A stretch of 64,000 nt of DNA from the human T2T-CHM13v2.0 reference genome, Homo sapiens. Below, in pieces: positions 54,822 through 64,000 of the stretch. Under the pieces are notes generated by a model. The model was not told the DNA's origin, ran no database searches, and saw only the letters and a program-made list of their open reading frames with translations. The stretch lies in the NCBI RefSeq assembly GCF_009914755.1, contig NC_060929.1, one strand, 5' to 3'. How positions within the stretch are numbered: position 1 is the first letter of the stretch; every line of letters begins with the position of its first letter. A program made the translations under genes and the position numbers.

Positions 54822-55026
54822 GCTATGCTGCCCATAGCATAGTCATTAGCCACAGGTGGCTCTTGAAATTTAACTAGAATTCAATTCAGTTACAAATTTC
54901 AGTTCCCCAGTTGCCACTAGCCACATCGCAAGCACTCAATAGCCACCTGTGGCTGGTGGCTCCGTCTTGGATGGCTCAAATATAGAACATTTCCATGATC
55001 ACAGAAAGTTCTATTGGACAGCACTG
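54822..55026. mobile_element. MER33/MER3-like hAT-Charlie element
   Basis: actagccacat...caatagccacctgtggct...agaacatttccat...aagttctattggacagcactg. Confidence 0.8.
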
Positions 55027-55194
55027 CCAGCCAGAGACTTGGGTCCAATCGGCAGAATTCTTTTCTCCTGTGATAATCTGTGATATCTGTGGACAAGTGA
55101 TGGATATTCGGCCAGACGTGACAGCTCCGTTCTCCTGTGTCAATGCCGTGTGTCTGTCAACCTCCTTCATGGTGTGCTCACTTTTTCTTCCAAG

Positions 55195-55337
55195 GAGGAA
55201 GTTGGCCGAATATGGAAGATGGAGCTGCTCAAAGAATCGGATGGGCTGGGAATTCAGGTTAGTGGAGGCCGAGGATCAAAGCGCTCACCTCACGCTATCG
55301 TTGTCACTCAAGTGAAGGAAGGAGGTGCCGCTCACAG
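55195..55337 (+). CDS. PDZD2: PDZD2 coding exon B (143 nt; phase 0 to 2): EEVGRIWKMELLKESDGLGIQVSGGRGSKRSPHAIVVTQVKEGGAAHR, N-half of a PDZ domain
   Basis: Acceptor ctttttcttccaag|gag, donor CACAG|gtgact. GLGI carboxylate-binding loop and 'IVVTQVKEGGAA' are PDZ signatures. Phase matches exons A and C. Confidence 0.95.
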
Positions 55338-55745
55338 GTGACTAGATAACTCTCCCCTCTCCCCCATCCCTCTGCCTCCTCTCCTTCCCTCTCCCTCCCC
55401 ACTGGTGCAGGTGCTCTTCCACTTGTTCAAAGCCCTGGCGATTATAGTTCATAAAGATTATGCTGGAGCACAGGAGGAAACCAGGCAAGAGTGGTTCGAA
55501 TTGAACACACCTCTGAGCACAGGAAGTGGCTAACTGCAGAAGATATTGCAAGATCTTCTAAAACAAGGAGAGAGTGGATCTCTTTATAGTGCAGCTTTAG
55601 TTTCAAGTGAATGTTACGTATCCTAACTTGCTGAGATGATATGAGGCTACTTATTGAGAATATGCTGCTGAGTAGAACACCGCATTCCTAAGATCTTAAC
55701 TCCCGTAAGACTTGACGAATGACCCGGGAAAGTGATTGGTTTTCA

Positions 55746-56520
<775 letters not shown>

Positions 56521-57465
56521 CTTATTTTTTAATCTGAACAATGATCTGGAAGTAGGAAGAGGAATGGTGTTTAGCTAGAGCATGTGCAAAACAGTTTATT
56601 TTGAGTAAGAAGGATGTAGCTGTCCCAAAATGTCAGGCAGGCTCTTGACTGCTAGCTAATTGCTTCCATGCACATAGGGTGTCTACTATTTGCAAGGCCT
56701 GCTGGGGCGTGTACGTATGTTGTATGCCCACACATATACAGTAGGCATATAAAAGGAGAGTTTCGTTGATAAGCGAGTTGATCATCTTTTATCTAGTCCG
56801 GAACTTGGTGTTCAGCTCAGGTACCCTGATTCTAAGAGGGGTGTGGCAAACCAGACTGGTACTGGCCTGCCCAAGCTTGAGAGGGGACACAGAAGGATAT
56901 CACATGAGGTACAGTTGAAGGAGCTGGAGATAGTCTGAAGAATGGAAAACTAAGAAGAGGACCAGGGCACAAACCAGCAAAGTCTTTTATGCTCATCAGT
57001 TCTTTTATTACAGAATAGGATGCTAATCACTAAAGTAGAGATAAGATTAACTGCAATTGTTAGTTGTCTGGGTGGTAGTAATTATTGAAGGATTAAGACC
57101 TTAGGTGGTTTTTACTCCAAAGAGCATTACTTAACTTCCAAAATGACATATGTTTTGAGGAGCTCCTGTCAGATAGACAGTTTCCCATTAATCATAGGTC
57201 TTAAGTTCTAGTCTTCCTTTAACAAGTTGGCCATTAGGAAATTCCTGTGCCCAGAGATAAACTTACAAAGAACTGTTCTTGTCTATTTTCCATCTGAGCC
57301 ATTTCTATTGGGTCTCATCCTTTTCATTTCATTCTTAGCCTGGAGTTGTGTGTGTGTGTCTCTTTGAGCCTCTGGGCTATACGATTCACAAGCGGGGCAT
57401 TTTAGTTAGTAACAGGAGATGAGAGAAATGAAAGAGGGAAATAGGAAAAGGGAGTGGGGATGGTC

Positions 57466-57723
<258 letters not shown>

Positions 57724-58250
57724 GATGGAGATGGTCTTGATGGCATTCTGAATTAGTAAGCCCAGGACACTGGTCTGAACCATTGTGTTCTTGATTCCTC
57801 AATCCCTCTCCTCCCATAGGAAACAGCTCCTGAGTGGCCCACCCACACAGCTCCTGAGATTCCAGCTTGTTTCTTCTGTGGTCTTCCCATTCCCCTTCTC
57901 CCACCATTCCAAACAACTAGTGGGGCCCTTAGCATTTCTCTGCTTCAGGAATTTTTGAAGGACAGAAACAGAGACTATCAGAATTCTCTGGTGTCTCCTG
58001 TCTCCTGTTAAAGCCCAAATTCATAGAAAAGACAATGGCACATGCCCTAGAGGAAGGAGACAGAAAGTGAGAGAAAAGCTGTTGAAGGAAGGAAAGGGGA
58101 GGGAAGGATGGAAAGAGAGAAGTCAGTTGATTCATTGAAAGAAAGCCAGGGGAGAGCCTAGAGACTGGAGACAAACGGAGCTTCTGGGCGTGTCGGAGGC
58201 GTGCATGTGTTTCATGGCAGCACCCTAGGTGCTGATGTGAACCTTTAGAA

Positions 58251-58466
58251 CAGAGAAGTCCAATCTTTTGGCTTCCCTGGGCCACATTGGAAGAGGAAGA
58301 ATTGTCTTGGGCTACACATAAACTACATTAACACTAACGATAGCTGATGAGCTTAAAAAACATCACCAAAAAATCTCATCATGTTTTAAGAAAGTTTACC
58401 AATTTGTGTTGGGCCATGTTCAAAGCCATCCTGGGCCACATGCAGGCCACAGGTTGGCCAAGCTTG
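58251..58466 (+). mobile_element. MER30 (hAT-Charlie MITE)
   Basis: gtccaatcttttggcttccctgggccacattggaag...ggttggccaagcttg; NTCTAGAN-like flanks. Confidence 0.9.
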
Positions 58467-58984
58467 GTCTAGAGGATGCGGTGGGATCCGAGGCTCGAGG
58501 TCCCTCTGCCTCACCAGCTTTCCTATCCCACATTCAGCCATGTCTGGCTCCTTTGGGATCCTGGGAGATCAGAGCACTGGAGGCTCTGGTGGAATCCACA
58601 GAACTGTTGACTCACCACGATTGAAGGGGCCTGTCCAGTGCTCTGGCACAGTGTGCCATGCCAAGCCCTGACCCTCCCTAGGGGAGGCAGTCCCCATGAC
58701 ACCTGAGTCTCTTGCCAGCCCAATGGGAAGAAAGTTGAGTCAGGCATAATTTAATTTAAGGGAAAGAAACAGAAAATGTTTGTGTACACCGTGTTTGTAG
58801 CCCAGGTCTGATACCTGCAGTGACAGCAGTTTAGGCAGTTTATTTGTTCTTTTCCTTTCTTAATTGCTTTTTTTTGGGGGGGGCGGGTGGCGGGATTTGT
58901 TTTTTTTTTTGTTTGTTTGTTTTGATTCGTCCTTCTGTACATGAAGCTTGGCTGGAGAGACTCAAGGATGAAAAAGAAGCTGAA

Positions 58985-59170
58985 ACCAGGCCTGGTGGCA
59001 CGCACTTGTAGTCCTAGGTACTCAGGAGGCTGAGGCAGGAGGATCACTTGAGCCCAGGAGTTCCAGGCTGCAGTGAGCCAGGATTGTGCCACTCCACTCC
59101 GGCCTGGATGACAGAGCAAGACTCTGTCTCAAAAACAAACACACACAAAAAAACATACTTTAAAAAAAAG
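58985..59170 (+). mobile_element. Alu right-arm monomer (FRAM/AluJ)
   Basis: Direct read. Confidence 0.85.
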
Positions 59171-59756
59171 AAAACAAGGTGCCGAGAGTGAGAGACTTTA
59201 CCCTCTGGGACCTGTAACTCTGTTGGGAGATAGAGACACGTGTAGTGTAGTGTGAATCACAGGTGCCCCAGAGGACATCTGGTCAGGGTCACGTCCCTGG
59301 GAAGAGAGGAGTGCAGTGCATTAGGTAAGGAATGCAGGTGGGCTTAGGATACCTCTGCTGTTTCTGAGCTTAGCTCAGTGACTCAGTCATCAGGGCAGGA
59401 TGGCAGGGAGGATTAAGAAACGAATGACTCGACTCTCCTCAAACCTTGGGGTCTTGGTTCCTCTATCAACATCTCCACCTGGATGGGAGTTTCACTGACA
59501 TTGATGCCAGGTAGGCCGGTGACCTTAATGTGCATATTGCTGAGCCACTGCCTGAAATCATGGAGGGAATCCTCTGATGGGAATCTGGACACATGAATAA
59601 ACAATCGCATCCCCAACTGCCTCTGGCCATCACAGTATCCTCTTTAGCCCAATCTTAACCGTCCCTCCTCACAACCCTCCCTAGCTCCAGAAAATGGCCC
59701 TTCTCAGGCCCAGAATGTCTTGACAAGGGATCTTTTTCCCATCTCCCTTTCCTCAG

Positions 59757-59889
59757 GGATGGCAGGCTGTCCTTAGGAGATGAGCTGCTGGTAATCAATG
59801 GTCATTTACTGGTCGGGCTCTCCCACGAGGAAGCAGTGGCCATTCTTCGCTCCGCCACGGGAATGGTGCAGCTTGTGGTGGCCAGCAAG
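59757..59889 (+). CDS. PDZD2: PDZD2 coding exon C (133 nt; phase 2 to 0): DGRLSLGDELLVINGHLLVGLSHEEAVAILRSATGMVQLVVASK, C-half of the PDZ domain
   Basis: Strong acceptor tctttttcccatctccctttcctcag|g, donor AAG|gtaggt. Textbook PDZ motif DGRL-GD-L--ING---SHEEAV-ILR. Not in the ORF track because it is short. Confidence 0.96.
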
Positions 59890-60096
59890 GTAGGTCGTGT
59901 TTGTTTTTTGGTACTCGTAATGGTGGCAGTGGTGAGTTGGGGTTGAGCCCCACCTCCCATGCCACACACACACACAAAGACATGTGTGCACTTGCACGTT
60001 TGCCTTGGGCTATTGAAACAGCCTTGCTTCCACAGGGCAACGCTATATGGAGACCCTTAGCTGAAGTGCAGTTAGTTACTTGGCTTTCCTTAAGAA

Positions 60097-60415
<319 letters not shown>

Positions 60416-60446
60416 CTTTAAGAGTTTTTATAGGTATATGTTAGGG

Positions 60447-60789
60447 CAGGTGTCCCCAGCCCCTGGGCTGTGGATGGGCACTGGTCCATGGCCTGTTAGG
60501 AGCTGGGCTGCGCAGCAGTAGGTGAGTGGCCTGTGAGACAGCGTTACCTCCTGAGAGCTCCGCCTCCTGTCAGATCAGCGGCGGCACTGGACTCTCATAG
60601 GAATGCGAGCCCTATTGTGAACCGCACACGCAACAGATCTAGGTTGCACGCGTCTTATGAGAATCTAATGCCTGATCATCTGAGGTGGGACAGTTTCATA
60701 CCAAAACCATCCCTCTTGCCCCTACCATCCTTGGAAAAATTGTCTTCCATGAAACTGGTCTCTGGTGCCAAAAAGGTCAGGGACTGCAG
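60447..60789 (+). mobile_element. MER1B (hAT-Charlie), complete
   Basis: caggtgtcccc...tggtgccaaaaaggtcagggactgcag; perfect 8-bp TSD tgttaggg. Confidence 0.93.
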
Positions 60790-61309
60790 TGTTAGGGGAT
60801 GGAAAGGAAAGAACAGAGCTAAAGAAAAGGTAAGAATGGTAAGGAAGGACAATGTAGAGAGAGCGGCAGCTCTTCCAGGAGGAGCTGAAGAGGAGACTTG
60901 GAAGCCTGGGCAGCTGGAAAGGGAAGAGAGGCTCAGGGGCCGCCGAGGGCAGCCTGTGGCTTCTGCTCTCACTTGTGGCCTCTTGAGTGTTGGAGCTGGA
61001 GGAGGCGCTGTGAATCCTGTTTGCCCAGCCAATTTACAAATGAGACAGTGAGGCAGAGCTTCCCACTACCGTCTTGCAGAGGCCATGATGCCATCAGCAG
61101 CGCCAGGACCCGGGCCCTAACGCCCAGCCCAGTGTCTGTCCCCTGTCTCCCTGCCGCCTCTTCTCCACGGGTCCTCCACAGGTCCTGACGCCCCAGGCAG
61201 GCCAGAGCTTCTTTCACACCCACCCTAGAGTGCATTAATATAGTGCCCAATTCTGAGCCTCAGCATCTCCTTCTTAAAGCACTGGCTAGTCTGCAGGACT
61301 TCACAACTG

Positions 61310-61487
61310 TGGTAAGAAAGAGGAGGCGTTGACCTCTGGTGTGTCTGAGCTGTGAGCCGATGTGCTGTTGATGAGACTAGGGCAGCGTCTATGTGGCCTG
61401 GTGAGAAAGAGGAGGCAGTGACCTCTCGTGTGTCTTAGCTGTAGGCCGATGTGCTGTTGATGAGACTAGGGCAGAGGCTATGTGACC
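61310..61487. repeat. 89-bp tandem duplication, 2 copies, ~10 mismatches
   Basis: Manual alignment of 61310-61398 vs 61399-61487. Confidence 0.92.
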
Positions 61488-62167
61488 GAGGAACTGGTGA
61501 AGTGGAGCCATGAAGCTTTATTCCAATTCCAGCCGGGAAGGACAGGATGAGGCCACACCCTCTTAGCCCTGTGCAGCATGACGCTCTTGCTAATATGGGG
61601 AATCCTTTTTCCATGATCTCTGTTGTTATTTCAAACCTGGCGTCATAGGTCTCTTTATATTTTCCCCCTTGAATTGCAAGATCGATTGCTGATTTTCGGA
61701 GTATTGAACAAATAGATTAGAAGAACATTTTGGGCTATCCAAAAAATCTGCTTTCCTTTCTTTACACCTTTTACCCCAAACCCTTGACCTAGACTCTCAG
61801 ACTTCCAAAGAGAATCTATCTACAGAGTTCTGGTGAAGACTTGGCAGGAAGAGGGGGCGTCTGAGTCCCTGGAGGTAGGCGTTGAGACCACTGTCCATTC
61901 ATAGGTCCTTTCCTCCTCTTCCAGAGGTACCAAGGGACACCTTGGGGTGTCTCTTGAGTCCATCGCGCTCCCTGCATGTCTTCACCCAGAGCGTCTGCCT
62001 GTGGGCTGTCTGTAGCCCCTCGCCGGAAATGGGGCGGCAGAACAAACCCCGGGATTCTCTCCGTCAGCTGGTGAATTCCACAAGGAGGGAAATGCTGCAA
62101 GAGAAGGAGAAACTAGTTCATTGTTTTGCCAGATGAAGTGGGAGCCTGAAAGCATCTTTGGGTCTTA

Positions 62168-63130
62168 TACACACACACACCTCACACATACCACACACAC
62201 ACACCACACACACACCAACACACACCAACACACCACCAACACACACACACCCCACATACTACACACACACCACACACACACCAACACACACCACACACAC
62301 CACCAACACACACACCCCACACACCAACACACACACCCCACACACCAACACACACACCCCACACACCACACACCACACACACACCAACACACAACCACAC
62401 ACACCACCAACACAACCACCAACACACACCACACATACATACCAACACACACCACACACCAACACACACACACCCCACATACCACACACACACCACACAC
62501 ACCAACACACACACCACACACACCCCCACCACACACACACCACACACACCTCACACACCACGAACACACACACACCACACACACACCAACACACACACAC
62601 CACACACACCCCACACACCAACACACACACCACACACCACATACCACATGCATACCATACACACACTACACACACCACACACACATCACACACCCACACA
62701 CCAACATACACTCCACACACACACCCCACAAACACACCACACGCCACACACCAACACACACACCACACACCACACACACACTACACACACCACACACATC
62801 ACACACCCACACACCAACATATACCTCACACACACACCACACACACACCACATGCCACACACACACCACACACACACCACAGCAAACACCACACCACACA
62901 CACCCCACACACACACCCCCACCACACACACACCACACCACACACCACACCACACACACACCACACACACACCCACACACACCACACACACACTCCTCCA
63001 CACACACACCCCCCCCACACACACCCTACACACTCCCCCCAACACACACCCACCCCCCCCACACCACACTACACACACACCACATCATAAACAAACACCA
63101 CACATACACACACACGCACACACACACACA
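62168..63130. repeat. ~960-bp compound CA-rich (C1-4A) low-complexity/VNTR tract
   Basis: Almost only C and A on +; recurring subunits such as cacaccaacacacacacccca. Confidence 0.97.
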
Positions 63131-63275
63131 GAGGCATGTGTCTGCAGAGAACGCGTGTTTCATTTGCACAGCCCACCTCCTCAAAATCGTGTGCTGAAGA
63201 ACATGGGTTTCTGCACGAGCATTCCACCATGTACTGCTAAACCTGCATTTCTTGTGCTGACTTCCTTCTCTTGTT

Positions 63276-63672
<397 letters not shown>

Positions 63673-63893
63673 TAAGATTAAAAAAAAAAAAGGTGGGGGG
63701 GGCCACTTATGGGTAAAGCAAATAATGAAGGGGCTTTGAAAACTTGGAAAACTGGTTCCTCGATGATGCCTGCTCCCTGTGAGACACACCAACTTAAAGG
63801 AAGAAAGCACGCTGCATGTACCAGGTGCCCACAGGGTGCCAGGTGGTTTTAGTTCTTTTTATTCAGTGAATGGTATTAAGTTCCAAGTGGTTG

Positions 63894-64000
63894 GACTGGG
63901 CATGGTGGCTCATGCCTGTAATCCCAGCAATTTGGGAGGCTAAGGAGGAGGATTTCTTGAGTCTAGGAGTTCAAAACCACCCTGGGCAAAATAGTGAGAC
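63894..64000 (+). mobile_element. AluJ/FLAM left arm, cut by the window end
   Basis: gggcatggtggctcatgcctgtaatccc... Confidence 0.88.

Noticed and set aside
60533-61051. 172-aa ORF
   Set aside because: First half is MER1B (non-autonomous, non-coding); the remainder has no recognisable domain.

Overview
Primate (almost certainly human) genomic DNA lying inside the large PDZ-domain gene PDZD2, transcribed on the + strand. The first ~42.7 kb is intron. Three consecutive coding exons follow (42770-43271, 55195-55337, 59757-59889). They have canonical AG/GT boundaries and compatible phases (2/0, 0/2, 2/0), and together encode a linker plus one complete PDZ domain (GLGI carboxylate-binding loop). 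The rest is dominated by interspersed repeats: about 50 Alu copies or monomers (many nested, with recognisable target-site duplications, TSDs), L1/L2/L3/MIR fragments, MaLR and ERV1 solo LTRs, DNA-transposon MITEs and a ~960-bp compound CA-rich tract. Almost all ORFs in the supplied track are Alu or simple-repeat artefacts. I see no prokaryote-type system (CRISPR, operon, phage) and cannot claim a new biological system. The most testable oddities are: (i) inverted-Alu architecture that could produce a 645-nt stop-free circular RNA; (ii) a candidate unannotated poison exon whose donor sits in an 89-bp tandem duplication near the CA tract; (iii) a ~133-bp locally templated insertion with a 15-bp TSD inside an Alu monomer; (iv) several dense TF-motif clusters. 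Repeat subfamily names and boundaries are by-eye assignments from remembered consensus sequences, typically +/-10-30 bp, and need RepeatMasker/Dfam confirmation.
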